Positions 1 to 16,900 of a DNA stretch of 64,000 nt are shown in pieces. The stretch lies in NCBI RefSeq assembly GCF_009914755.1, contig NC_060936.1, one strand, 5' to 3'. A model generated the notes under the pieces. That model saw nothing but the letters and a program-made list of their open reading frames with translations. It did not search any database and had not been told where the DNA came from. The position numbers and the translations under genes were made by a program. The first letter of the stretch is position 1, and the number at the start of each line of letters is the position of its first letter. The DNA is from the human T2T-CHM13v2.0 reference genome, Homo sapiens.

Positions 1-732
1 ACTAAACCTGGAAGTACCGAATGTAGCCAGCAATGGATATAATGTCTTTGGAAAGAGTATGAGAACTTCACTTGTACAAAGGACAGTTTCAGCTTATTAG
101 GGCATGTGTGTATAGAAGGATATATAGAGAAGTTGGGTGGCCAAACAGATAGACTGTGCCAGTTATCAATGTATTGCCTCCCAACTCCAAATCCATCCCT
201 TCTTTTTCTGCTTTGTTATACTGGAGCTGGACCCTATGAACATTTCTCCTTTACCAGATGGCTTGATGTTACAACTTGTCAATAGTTAATACTAGGACAC
301 TGAGAGGCAATAGCAGAGAGAAAGGAATTCCTTCTGGTGTCCTAGTTTTTGGCGCAGCAGCTGGTTCTTTGGTTTTCAGGAGGCTTGGTAGCACCCACTC
401 ATGGACTGGCTCCTGCCTGCACCCTCTGGCAAGTTGCTCTGCTCCTACAGATTAGCTCTGACCCAGGAATTCTGCCAAGTTTTTTTAATCATCCAAGGCT
501 ACAGGTTTCTGTGGCAGCCACACATTCTTAGTGTGGCTAAGACTCTTTGTTCTCTCCCTCAGCCCTAGAGGTAAAAGCTGCTTTCTGAAATTGCTACTTC
601 TGGACAATTCTAAGTCTTCTTTTTACCATGTTAAGTAGTCAGCCACTTTTAACTAGTTAATGAGTCTTTGTATTAAAGTCTCAACATTCAAATTACTGTG
701 GTTTCTGTGCCTATTGATCCCTGACCAATAGA
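1..732 (+). mobile_element. ERVL-class LTR (LTR33/LTR41-like, ~156-732) preceded by probable ERVL internal 3' end
   Basis: Starts TGTGCCAGTTATCAATGTATTGCCTCCCAACTCCAAATCC and ends ...GTTTCTGTGCCTATTGATCCCTGACCAATAGA; resembles recalled LTR33/41 termini. Confidence 0.55.
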
Positions 733-1836
733 CCATCTCAGTAAGGGTCAGGACCCTTGCCATTGTCACTGCCTGGAACAATCTTCATCTAGACCATCAA
801 CTGTTCAAACCCAGCTGCTGACTGACAGCTGTTTCTGTCCAAACTTTCCTTCCTTTATGGTTAAACTGAAGCCTCTGAGGCAGCCTCCATTTATCCTTTG
901 AAACAAGATGGCACAGACCCAACCACTGGGGGCCATTGTCTGCAACCAGGATAAGCCCAGGAGAGTGGACATAAAAGTGTTACTTGTGACATAAACCAGA
1001 TGTTGAGTTTTGAGGTTTGACTCTCAATGAACATGCTTGAGAACAGTATTTCCACTACTTACAAGCCCTAGAAACATCAAGATTAACTGAGCGGTTGTGG
1101 TTATACTCTGTGTGCCCAAAAAGTGTTTGTCAAGTCCCTACTATGTATCAAAAACTGTTTATAGGCACTAGGTATACAGCAACACTTGGTTCTGATTCAC
1201 CCCTAAAATGTCCCACATCTCTGAGAGGCAATCCCTCTTTTAAATGACTACATAACTCCATGCGTGCATTGGGTAGACCCTCACCCGCATGGTGCCTGCT
1301 GGCCTTCCCACAATCTCAACTGCATTTCAAAAGGGAGACTCCAAGGGCCATGCACACAGTGGTGTAGGTAACTCAGTGCACAAAGATCCCCAGCTTAGGA
1401 TGAGTGTGGAAGGTGGCATCAAGCAGCTCTAACTGCTGAGTCTTGTGCCTGCTGGGGTTGTGTAAGTCCACACACACACAGTTGTAATTGTGTGCACAAC
1501 TGTACTGGGACCTCAAGTTTCACCTTGCTGAGCCTAAATGTACAACGGAATGCATCTATTCAGGACCACGAGTATTTTTGCAGGACTGGCCTGTGCAAGA
1601 GCTTTCTTATCCAGAGAGAAAGCACAGGAGCTGCTGCAGCAGCAGAGTGGTCTCAGTCTTGGACACTCTACTAAGACTTGCTCAGGCCTCTTGCAGTAAG
1701 CTGGGTTTGCTGCTGCAAGAAGTGAAGGAGGATTGTTTTCTGGGAGGAAAGAAAAGGATGTCTCCACACATGCCTAATGCTGAGATCGCTCAGCTTCCCT
1801 TGGCTCCTGTACCATTGCAGGGGCCCCAGAGTCACT

Positions 1837-2712
1837 GTGTTAGTTTTCTAATGCTGTGTAACAAATGTCCACAAACTTAGCAACTTAAACCAACATACAT
1901 ATATCATCTCACAGTTGATATGGGAGACCAATCATGGGTCCTTAGCCTGTGGCCTCACAAAGCTGTAATGAAGATATATTCCGGGTTATATTCTCATCTT
2001 GAGGCTTGACTGGGGAAGAATCCACTTCAAAATTTATTAAAATTTTTGGCAGAGGCTAGGCATGGTGGCTCGTGCCTGTAATTCCAGCACTTCAGGAGGC
2101 CAAGGCAGGTGGATCACCTGAGGTCAGGAGTTCAAGACCAGCCTGGCCAACATGGTGAAACCCCGTCTCTACTAAAAATACAAAAAAATTAGCTGGGCAT
2201 GGTGGCGGGCACCTGTAATCCCATCTACTAGGGGGGCTGAGGCAGGAGAATGGCTTGAACCTGGGAGGTGGAGGTTGCAGTGAGTTGACCATGCCATTGC
2301 ACTCCAGCCTGGGTGCCAAGAGCAAGACTCTGTCTCAAAAAAAAAAGTTGTTGGCAGAATCAATTCCTTTGCCGTCTATGACCAAGGTCTCCATTTACCT
2401 ACAGGCTGTCAGCTGGGGGCCACTCTCAGCTCTAAAAGGGTGCCTGCAATTCTTTGCCATGTATCTCCCTGCATTGGCCTTCTCATAACATGGCAACTTA
2501 CTTCCTAACAGCCAGCAAGGAAAACTTTTGCTCTGCCCTACTCAAATGGACTTCCACATAACATACTATGATCACAGGAGTGACGTCCTTTACCATACCC
2601 TATTAGTTAGAAGCAAGTCACAGTCTCTGTCTGCACGCAAAAGGAGAGGATTGCAATGGGGACACCAGGACACAGAAAATCACCAGGTCATCTTGAGGTG
2701 TATATGACTACA
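1837..2712 (-). mobile_element. MaLR LTR (MLT1C/D/E-like) interrupted by an Alu
   Basis: TGTGTTAGTTTTCTAATGCTGTGTAACAAATGTCCACAAACTTAG terminus; sequence resumes after the Alu. Confidence 0.7.
2054..2346 (+). mobile_element. AluS element
   Basis: Full dimeric Alu with A tail; TTGGCAGA repeated on both flanks. Confidence 0.95.
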
Positions 2713-3863
2713 CTAGGGGAAAATTTCTCTTCATTCAGGTGATCTGTGAACATCATGCTCACTTGAACAGCACAGACTGGATGCCCCTGCTCTACATCTC
2801 AACTTTAGCCCCTGGATGGAGCCCAAGCCTTGGGCACAGCATGGTCACTCAAACTACTTTTGAGGGTGATATGCCTAACACAGGATGAGGTGACTGACCA
2901 TACCTTCTCTGAAACATCCTCCTCATTCTAATCCCCAGCTTTGCCCATCTCTAAATGTGAAGAGATTTTGCCATGTCTAGTCAAACTCCCTTGTGCTTGC
3001 AAACACCAGGACTTGGCAGGGAGCCCCAAAGAGTAGTTAATAACGTAGTGTAGACCTGAGCTAGGCTGCAGCTTATCTCAAGATAGATGGGTCAGGTCTG
3101 GGAGCAAGTCACAGTTCTCAGTACGGTGAACCCCAGTGGGTTGCTTCCACTGACTCTCGTTCTAACCCCCTTGCCAGACCTAAGCCAATTTTCAGACTGG
3201 AGTCCCTTTGTTGAAGGGGTGGGACTTTCAGCATTGCCACAATATGTACAGTAAATATTCTTATAAAATGCCTCCTGTTCCCCAATGGTACTCATCCAGG
3301 TATATGTAGTCCTCACTGGAAACTCAAGTGAGGCATCAAGACTGAGGGCTCTCCTAAGAGTTTGGGGAATTAATTCCAAGAGGAAGAAGCAGGGTGACCC
3401 TACCCTGAAAGCACAGCTGAGAATTTTTCTCTGGGGAATAATGGCCTTCTCTGTATTTAAAACCAATGCTAGAGAGGCCAGAATACAAGTAAATCGATCT
3501 AAAGCTCTTTGTTCCAGGACTACAAGGACTCTTCTGGATTTGGAGACATTGGAAGAAAGCTTAGTGTCACAGGCTTCATGTGAGAATCAAATTAGACAGC
3601 CTACGTGAAAGAGCTCTGCAAGGTTCTCAACTGCATACCACCACCCGTATTCAGACAGCCTTAGCTTGGCTGTAGAGAGAGAAAACTCTTAATAGCACAG
3701 CAAATGTTTATTTTTTAAAGGAGAAAACCAAAGAAGGTTAGCAGGAGGAAGCCCTGCCCCAGACACAATATTTACAGGAACACAAGCGTTGTGTGAGGGA
3801 GAAAAGACTTTAAGTAAGAAAGGTGTTATCCCTCCCAAATTTCAATCATCCAAAACTTAGAAC

Positions 3864-4538
3864 TCAAAAGGCCCCTGAATGCATCATAAAGAGGATGGCC
3901 ATGCAGGACAAGGTGATGAGGGTGTGGATGGACATCTGATTCTCCAGGGTTACTCACCTCAGGCAGAGAGAGGGGCCAGGGCAGCCATCGGTGCTGTAGT
4001 GGTTATTGGCTTTGCTCACCACAGGCAGGCACTGAAACAGGAGAAGGAGCAGAAACACATGCTGGGTGCCAACCTGCAGGAGAAAGCACAGGAGGTGGAA
4101 AAGCAAAATCATCTTCTCTGGTGGAAGTTTAGGATGAATTTCTTTGGGGAGGTGGTGTGTTCCTGGATTCCCACCATGTAGCCCTCCTCCACTTCACCTG
4201 CTCCCAGCTCCACTCATTCCCCTTCATCTTGCTTATGCCAAAGCTGAGCCATGAATTCCATAAGGAAGAGTAGGACTGTGAAGAGGAAGAAGTACCAAAT
4301 TCCCATTATAGGATTGCCAAATTTTTTTTCAAAATACTCCATCAAGCAAGGATAGGTGATTTTGCCAGGGCACTGGGAATCTTCACGGGTGGTGGTCCAG
4401 GGCACATGGACCACGTACCCCACCACTCCATACATGGCAATTAAACCAAACCACAGCTGCTACCCAATGTAGTAGCCAGATGTTGCTGGCCACAGAGTAC
4501 AGTACAGGGATCAGTGCAGCCACTGCCGCTGCAGTCAT
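3864..4538 (-). pseudogene. Divergent connexin (gap junction protein)-like pseudogene, single coding exon
   Basis: Reconstruction: MTAAAVAALIPVLYSVA/ATSGYYIG*QLWFGLIAMYGVVGYVVHVPWTTTREDSQCPGKITYPCLMEYFEKKFGNPIMGIWYFFLFTVLLFLMEFMAQLWHKQ...EKMILLFHLLCFLLQVGTQHVFLLLLLFQCLPVVSKANNHYSTDGCPGPSLCLR*VTLENQMSIHTLITLSCMAILFMMHSGAF*. Four hydrophobic segments; EL1 C-x7-C-x3-[Y<-C]; EL2 [Y<-C]-x4-CP-x4-C-x6-EN. Splice acceptor at 4596-4597 upstream of the ATG; AATAAA at 3707-3712; 3 internal stops and at least 2 frameshifts. Confidence 0.75.
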
Positions 4539-5012
4539 CTCCTTTGACTCTTAGGGGACCAGTGGAATCTAAGACCAGGAGAACTCTGACAGTACCTTAG
4601 GAGAAAAAGAAAGGCAAAGAGAGTTCAAGGTCAGAAAGGGAGAGAAGTTGCCAAGAATCCTAAGCACGTCCAAGAAGGCTGCTCAAGTTTTAGATCCATC
4701 ACGGGCTCTCAGTTTCATATCTCTACAGCTAACCTAAGCAGGGAGTGTTTGTGTTCCCATGATGTGGTTCTTCCTCTCTCTCTGTTTCAGCCTGTGATAA
4801 AGGCTGTCCACCTCTGGACACCACACAGCTCAACTGTATTATAATTACATTTGTAGATCTTACCTCTCCTCTTCCTAAATATGAGGAATCAAGCCTTATT
4901 CACATGTACAATGCACATATCATCCAGCACAGAGCTTTCATCTAATAAGGAACTAATTATGCTTGACAAATGAATGAATGAATGAGAGAAGGAACAAATA
5001 CATGAATTTAAC

Positions 5013-9370
<4,358 letters not shown>

Positions 9371-11082
9371 CTTTTGGTTTTCATTGAATAATGATCTCAG
9401 CTAGTGCTGAAGAGTCTCTTTAAAAGCTACCTAAGACTCGGCATATTTTAAATTTACTCCCAAGGATCAGATCACATTCAAGCCGATCACAGGCGGAATC
9501 AAGGGGGCAGCCTCCAGAATGGGCTGGCTCTTGTTCCCTCTCCTCCTTAGGTCTCCTACTCAAAGGACAACCTCTCCCCTCCCACCAACTGCTCCACCCT
9601 GCAGAATCTTCCAAGCGGCCCCATGAGCTGAGCCTCCTGCCTGTCTCTAAGTCTCCACGAATCACCACGCTCAGAAAAGCAGGTGCAGGAGAGCCTGAAG
9701 GCCTAATCTCCAAGAGTTTAGAAGGCAGGTGTTTATGGGATCAGGGGCCTGCTCTGAAGACTGGGCGAAGGCCCTGGGGATGCTCTTGTTGGGACCTGTT
9801 TTTTTCTTCCATCTGCCCCTAGATTCAGATGTGCGGCAGTCTGACCTGGAATAGACCATCAGCAGGTCCCACAAGGGTATCAGCACTTTTTCCATTTCTT
9901 TCAAACCTCCAACTCCCCTCTCCCACACTCTCATCTCCTCTCATACTTTAAACTGAAAAAACAGAAACTGCCGGCCAGGAAGCGCCTGTTTTCTACCCTT
10001 CCAAACCCACAAACCTCCTTTTTCTTCCCCCTTGTCACAAGGCGGAAATACTGCAACTCATCTCTTTGAAGGCCCGTCCAGGGGGTGTTCCAGTTCTCAG
10101 CCCCAGACCTCCTCAGAGACCCTGCACCATTCGTCAGCCCCCTCCCTCTAAATTCTCAATTTCTACCTCTACAGTCTTCCCATCTGCAGCCAAAGAGTGT
10201 CTCCCATCTCACCACCCATCCCCACCACAACATACCCTCTCTCTCTGTCCTCTTCACAGCCAAGCCCCTTGGCAGAGCGGACACCAGCCTCCATGCTGCC
10301 TTCAGCTCCTCACCTCAGATTCACCCTCAACTGCTCCCACCTGGTGAGGTCTGACCGCCCTCTTCTTCAGGCAGGTGATGTGCTGCTGTAATTAAGCAAT
10401 GTGAATGACTAATTCACTGTTGTGCTTTGTTTTTATCTTGCCTGGAATAGCAGAGCTACATGGGTAGTTAGACTAATTCTATTACACTGGGTTCATGGTA
10501 CATTTCTTTTCCTTTCCCCATAGTTTTAATGGTTACTTTATAGTTTGATACCACAGATCATAGTATAAGCGACCATAAAGTCTTTGGAGCTAAAAGTTCT
10601 AGAAAGACAAGGAGAGACACACCTGGTTCAGTTTGTATTTAACTCAAAAAGCAATTTCAAGGCAATGATGATATAAATTATAGCCCAAAGTGTGAAAAAA
10701 CAATATGTAGCCATTTAATTCTAAATCCCCAGTGATGGGCATAGAGAAGCTCTCAATAAATGTTTGTCAAGTGTGTAAATGAATGATATAAAGTCAAAAG
10801 GGAAAACCACAGATGTTACATGCTTGACAAACAGCATGGCCAACTGTGCGTGCCTACCGACACATACCAGACACATGCACAGAGAGGCGAAACAGGTGAA
10901 GCATGGGATGAGGAGCTGCAGGCTGATATCCTTTTGTTGTTGTTGTTGTTTTTTGTTTCTTGTTTAATAGCATCACAGGGAATACAAGGTGGAGGGGGCA
11001 TGCCAGAGTGCTCTGCAATACAGTTCTACGCTCTGTGTGTTCCATTTGGTAGAAAACATGGTTTTGGTTCTCTATTCCCATA

Positions 11083-11910
11083 CCCCTTGATGGCAGGAGA
11101 GATAAGGTCTCCTTGCAAAACTCCTACCAGGCGGGAGCTGCGGGTATGGTCATCTTTGGAAACAGTCTGCCACTGGGGACTTTAAGGACGTTTCCTTCCT
11201 GAAGTTGCAGGAAATCCTATCAAGGCACTTCTGTGATGGTGGATTATTCCTAATGATTCATGGGCCAGCAGGTGGGGCTGCATCTGGCTGGCCTACTCTG
11301 TCCCACATAGCGTCAGCCTGGGTGTTCTTGAATGAAGTCCCAGTGGCCAGCAGCTGGGCTAAGCTGAGGATCACTCACACGATGCCTGCCTGGTCCATAC
11401 ACGTCCCCCCACCCCGACCCCTTGCCTGATTGCTCTGGCTGGGACTTTCAGTACTATGTTAAATAGGAGTGGTGAGAGTGGACACTTCCTAACTCAATCT
11501 CTTATCTTGAGTTTCTTCGTTGTGTGGCAACTGGTGTCCCCAGAGACAGGATTTCTGTCATGGCACGGCCTCAGAAGCCACTCAACCTCACTTCTGCAGT
11601 CTCAGACTCAGGGGAAGGGGAAGGGAAAGGGATGCTGACAGATGCTCCCCCTTGATAGGAGGAGAGATAAGATCTTCTTGCAAAAATCCTGCCAGATGGG
11701 AGCTGCAGGTATGGTCATCTTTGGAAACAGTCTGCTGCTGGGCCTTTAAGGACGTTTCCTTTCTGGACCTGCAGCAAAGCCTATTTCAAGGCACTCTTGC
11801 TTAGCAGGCAGCCTGGTGAGTAGACTCTAAGAACAGTTTCATGAAGCCCTGGGTGTTCTTTTTAAATATCTCAGTTGACATGAACACAAAAATGAGCAGC
11901 TGGGTCTGGA
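11083..11910. repeat. Local direct duplication (~11083-11360 vs ~11648-11910) with a 65-bp L1 fragment between the copies
   Basis: CCCTTGAT..GGAGAGATAAG...GGTATGGTCATCTTTGGAAACAGTCTG...TTTAAGGACGTTTCCTT...CAAGGCACT occurs twice; core ~80-85% identical. Confidence 0.85.
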
Positions 11911-12109
11911 GCAGGTGGAAGAGTAACCTGAGGCCATCTAGTGGCATTAAGACCAGCCATGGTGGGGACCTTTATGCGACCTGCCCACCATGGGCTCTGG
12001 AATCTTGACCACAGCCCCTAGCAGGGGACCCTGATCCATTTCTGTCTCTCTACAGTATTACCTGGGGGTTTTAGTTTTGTCACTTGGAATTGCATAAACA
12101 GTGTTTTAG

Positions 12110-12600
<491 letters not shown>

Positions 12601-13560
12601 TATTAAAAATGATTCATAAAGGAAAATTTATTCAGCCAGTACTTGAGCATCTGTTCTGGACCAGACGCTGTGCCAGGGACCACGATAAACAAAACTGTAG
12701 GCACAGCCAACCGTCTCCTGGAGCTCAGAGCCTAAAGCGGACAGAGAATCAGTGCGGTGAGGTAACCGTCAGGACAGGAGGAACAGGTGCCCCGTGGACA
12801 CATGAAGCCTGACCCAACTCCAAGAAAAGGCCCCAGAGGGTGGTGTGACTTGGAATCTGGGATCTGAAAAGTCAGTCCGGGGCAAGGATGTGGGAGCAAA
12901 CAGGAGTGGGCAGAGAAAGAGGCAGAGACCCAGGAGCATCTGAGTCTGAGGGTGAAACTTGTAGGTGAGTGGCAAGCACCCAGGCCAAGGGACATGGGGG
13001 TTAGAGTGGGTGGTGTCGGCCTTGTGAGCCTGTTAACAAGCTTGGGTTTATCTTAAAATCATAGAAGTCACTGAAACATTTCAAATAAGGAAGTGACAGG
13101 ATCTAGTCTACATTGTACATGATCAGCCTGTCTGTGGTGTGAGTGGATTTGAGTGGATAAAGGCAAAAGTTCAGGCAGGAAGCTATTGTTCACAGCCAAG
13201 CCATCAAGGACAGAGGCCTGAGCTCATTGACTAGCAGGGAAGGAGACAAGGCACAGTTGGTGGGGGGTGACTGAATCCAGGAAGTGAGAGAGAAGTTGGC
13301 ACTAAGGAAAGAAAGCCACAGGTAGTTATTAAACAGTGGATTCAAGCATAAATCCAGGTGCGGTGAAATATTGACGCTGTCGAGTGGGATCTGGTGCTCA
13401 TGTTCAGTTCTCTTCCAAGGACCTGGGGATATCTTGGTCTTTGGTCAGATTTTTCTTCATCAGCCTCATTCCCTGCAACCTGTTAGGCCTCCTGGATGAC
13501 GCATATCCAAAGAGTTACCATTTTCGGAGCATAATCTATGTCCTGTGAGCCTCAAAACAG

Positions 13561-13953
13561 TCTATAATGAATCGATTTGTGTCCCCCTAAAATTAACATA
13601 TGGAAACCCTGACCCTTAATATGACTACTTGAAGATAGGGGCTATAGGGAGGTATAAAGGTTAAATGAGGTTGTAAGCATGAGACCTTAATCTGACAGGA
13701 CTAGTGTCCTTACAGGAAAAGGAACAGATGTTACAGATGTCTTTCTCTGCGTGTACATAGAGAAGAGGCCACGTGAGGACACAGCAAGAAGGCAGCCATC
13801 CACAAGCCAGGAAGAGAGCCCTCCCCAGAAAACAACCCTGACAGCATCTGAATCTCAGACTTCCAGCCTCCAGAACTGGGAGAAAATGCATTTCTGTTAT
13901 TTAAGCTACCCAGTCTGTGATATTCAGTATGACAGCCCAAGCAAGCTATGCAC
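13561..13953 (+). mobile_element. MaLR LTR (MLT1A/B-like), followed by a MIR fragment (~13954-14060)
   Basis: TGTGTCCCCCTAAAATTAACATATGGAAACCCTGACCC...CTTCCAGCCTCCAGAACTGGGAGAAAATGCATTTCTGTT. Confidence 0.8.
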
Positions 13954-14817
13954 AGTCTTTAAGAGGTAGGCATTATCATCCCCGTTTATAGATGAGGAAA
14001 CAGGCTCAGAGAGATTGACTTGACTAAGATCCACAGGTGGTAAGCTGCTCATCCGCTGCCCTGCAGTGGAGTCTTCCTTATAGCAAGCCTTTTGTTTTTG
14101 CAGAGAACTTTGTAGGCATATCTTTGAAGAACCACCCATTTGACAACTCTATTTCTAAAGCTCCAGCAGTGGCTCTGCATTACAGCCTGCTGTGCAGATC
14201 CACACAACGATGGAACTACAGGGCCTGCTCTGCAAGATCACCCCAGAGATGGCTTCCCAGTCTTGGAGATGCAGAGATTTGCTGTACTTCTCTGTCCTCC
14301 TGCAATAGTGACAGATGTTTTCAGTCAGCTATACACTTTTCAGCTGGAAAAGCGTGACTTTGTGGCTATATAGGATTCCCCATGAGTCCCCTGCACCTCT
14401 CTTCTGTAACCGCGATGCTACAAAGTGTGCAGAGTAGCCCTGCGGCAGGGTTTCCAGTCACCTTCCTGTAAGCACCCTGCACTCCCAACCGTCTGGCTAC
14501 AAGTCCAGTGGGACATGAGCCTTACTGAAGCAAGCTTTGACGTTTTAGTTTGAACCAGATGAAATTATGATTTTTAGAGGTAAAAATGATCAAATATCAG
14601 CAATTTCATATGAATCAATGTAATCAATGCAGCTGGCCCTCACTCCTGCCCCCTCCCTCTCATTCAATCCTCTCAGGCTGCCCTCAGATCACCCCAGATC
14701 CCTGGCTTCCTCCTCCCACCCTCCCTGGCGGAGTCCCCGTGATGGACAGAGATGGACACCTGCGAGAGAAGTCCACAAAGGAAGAGAGAGGAAATGGTCA
14801 GAGAGGTAGGAGGACAG

Positions 14818-15035
14818 TGTCAGGGCCCAGAACCCATTACCCCAACATATGGCCCCTTGGCCTCCTGAGTATTTTCTATGGAAGCAGATGGAGAAAACGG
14901 CAGGAGCAAGAAGGTCACTCTCTGACCCACACTTCTCCTTTCTCCCCTGAGCATGGTCAGAAAGGAATTCTCCGACTTGCCTTGCCTGAAAGTAGGTCAG
15001 GAGACTCTCATTCCAGAGAGGTCCTGGCTCGGTCC
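14818..15035 (+). mobile_element. ERV1 LTR 5' fragment (MER34/MER39-like)
   Basis: ACCCCAACATATGGCCCCTTGGC...AGAAGGTCACTCTCTGACC...CTCTCATTCCAGAG. Confidence 0.5.
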
Positions 15036-16436
15036 CCATACCCCTTCTCCCCTCTGGCCTCATGAAGCTTCTGCTTAAGGAGGGCTCCATGTCCGTCTTT
15101 AGCATCTCAGGGTGAATTAAGTCCCTGCCCTCTAAGGGCATTTTCATGTGAAGCTTTGTTCTCTGTGACATAAGAGGAGAGGGATGTTTAGAGGAGTTGG
15201 GGGAGGAGACTCCAGGGGATTTTCTTGTCCCCACAGATACATCTCTCCACATAGCAAAATACATGCAAAGCACCCGGCACAGTGCCCAGCACACAGTCAG
15301 TGCTCATGAAGTGTCGGTTCCCTCTGCCCACTGCAGTGGGTACAAACAACACACAGGGTGCCAAGCTTCAGCTTGGTGAAGAGAAACATAGCCCGCGTTC
15401 CAGCTCCCGGGCCTTGTCCTCTGCGTCACAGCTCAAGGCTAAAGCAGCTGAGGCCCTGGCATTTCTTGTGGTGAGGATGGACCAGCAAGTCTGTTCCCCG
15501 TGGCCCCAGAAGTGCTGCTGCCTGCCTGCTGCTGCTCTGTGTCTCCAGCTCCTCCCTCCGTGCCTCACCAAAGCCCACTCCACCTCCCTCCCCTCCCAAT
15601 CCTCCTGGAGCTCCCACCTCTCATCTTTCCTTCCACTGTGGGGCAGGTGGCGATCTGTAGGCCGACCCGAGAAAGAACTGCCCCTACCCTGCCTGAGAGG
15701 CTCAAAGCCAGGGGCACTGATCCAGCTTTCAGCTCTGAGAGGATGGACCAGGATATTTCCCTGATGCCCTCAGGGGTCTGAGGGTAAAGTGGGTCAGAAG
15801 CAAGACAGAGGGAGGCACTGAGCTGAGCACAGATGGGAAAAGGAAGATCTTGTGGCCCAGAGCTAAAGAAGACACAACCCTGTGAGCAGAAGACCCTATC
15901 CCAGCAGGGAAAGGCACGTCCTGGTGTGGGAGAGTTGCAAACCCCTCTAGGTAGCTTCCTGCCTGTGCCTTTACTCTAGGGAGCTGGTGTCAGAATCAAG
16001 GGCACCATCAAAATAAGATGCCAGGGACATCTCAGCTGTGCCAAACAAATGCCCAAAGACCCTGCTATTGCAGCTGGGGGTGGGACAGCAGCCTCCTCAC
16101 AGGCCCACCCTGCCCTTTATGGCACAGCCCAGGACCCACTGTCAAAGCTGTCTCTTCCCAGTCTCAAAGCACTGTCTCGTCTGTCGCCTCATTTGTGACT
16201 CACTATAGGCCTCTGGGTCAGGCAGGACAAATGTCACTTCAATTTCATATAAAGGGAAACTAAGGCAAGGGGTGCACTAAGTGACTTGGACCAAGGGATA
16301 AGTGAATTGAGGTCAGGACTCAGATCTCCTTGGCTCCACACCAGACAACCTGCCACATGGAGGCCTCACCCTAATCTTAACACTTCCATGGATCCATGGC
16401 TTCATCAGCCACCACAGGAGTACAAGGCCACAGTAA

Positions 16437-16900
16437 TTGCATGCATGTCCGCATGTGTGTGCAGATGTGCACGTGTGTATGCATGTGTGCAGATGTGTAT
16501 GTGAGTGTGCATGTGTGCATGTATGTATGAGTGTGTGCAGATGTCCACGTGTGTGCGTGTGTGCAGATATGTACGTGTGTGTGCATGTGTGTATGTGTGC
16601 AGATGTGCATGTATGTGTGTGTGCAGGTGTGCAGGTGTGTGCGCACATGTGTACTGTGTGTGCATGTGTGTAGATGTCCACGTGTGTGCATGTGTGCATG
16701 TGTGCACGTGTGTACAGATGTGCACGTGTGTATGCGTGTTTGCACATGTGTGCATGTGTGCATGTGTGTATGCGTGTGTGCAGGTGTGTACCTGTTCGCA
16801 TGTGTGTAGCTGTGCACGTGTGTGCATGTGTGCAGATGTGTACGTGTGTGCACATGTGTGCAGATGTGCACGTGTGTGTGCGTGTCACATGTGTGCATGT
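16437..16900. repeat. Degenerate (TG)n/(TGTGCA)n alternating purine-pyrimidine satellite
   Basis: ~460 bp of TGTGTGCA/CACGTG/CAGATG units. Confidence 0.95.
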
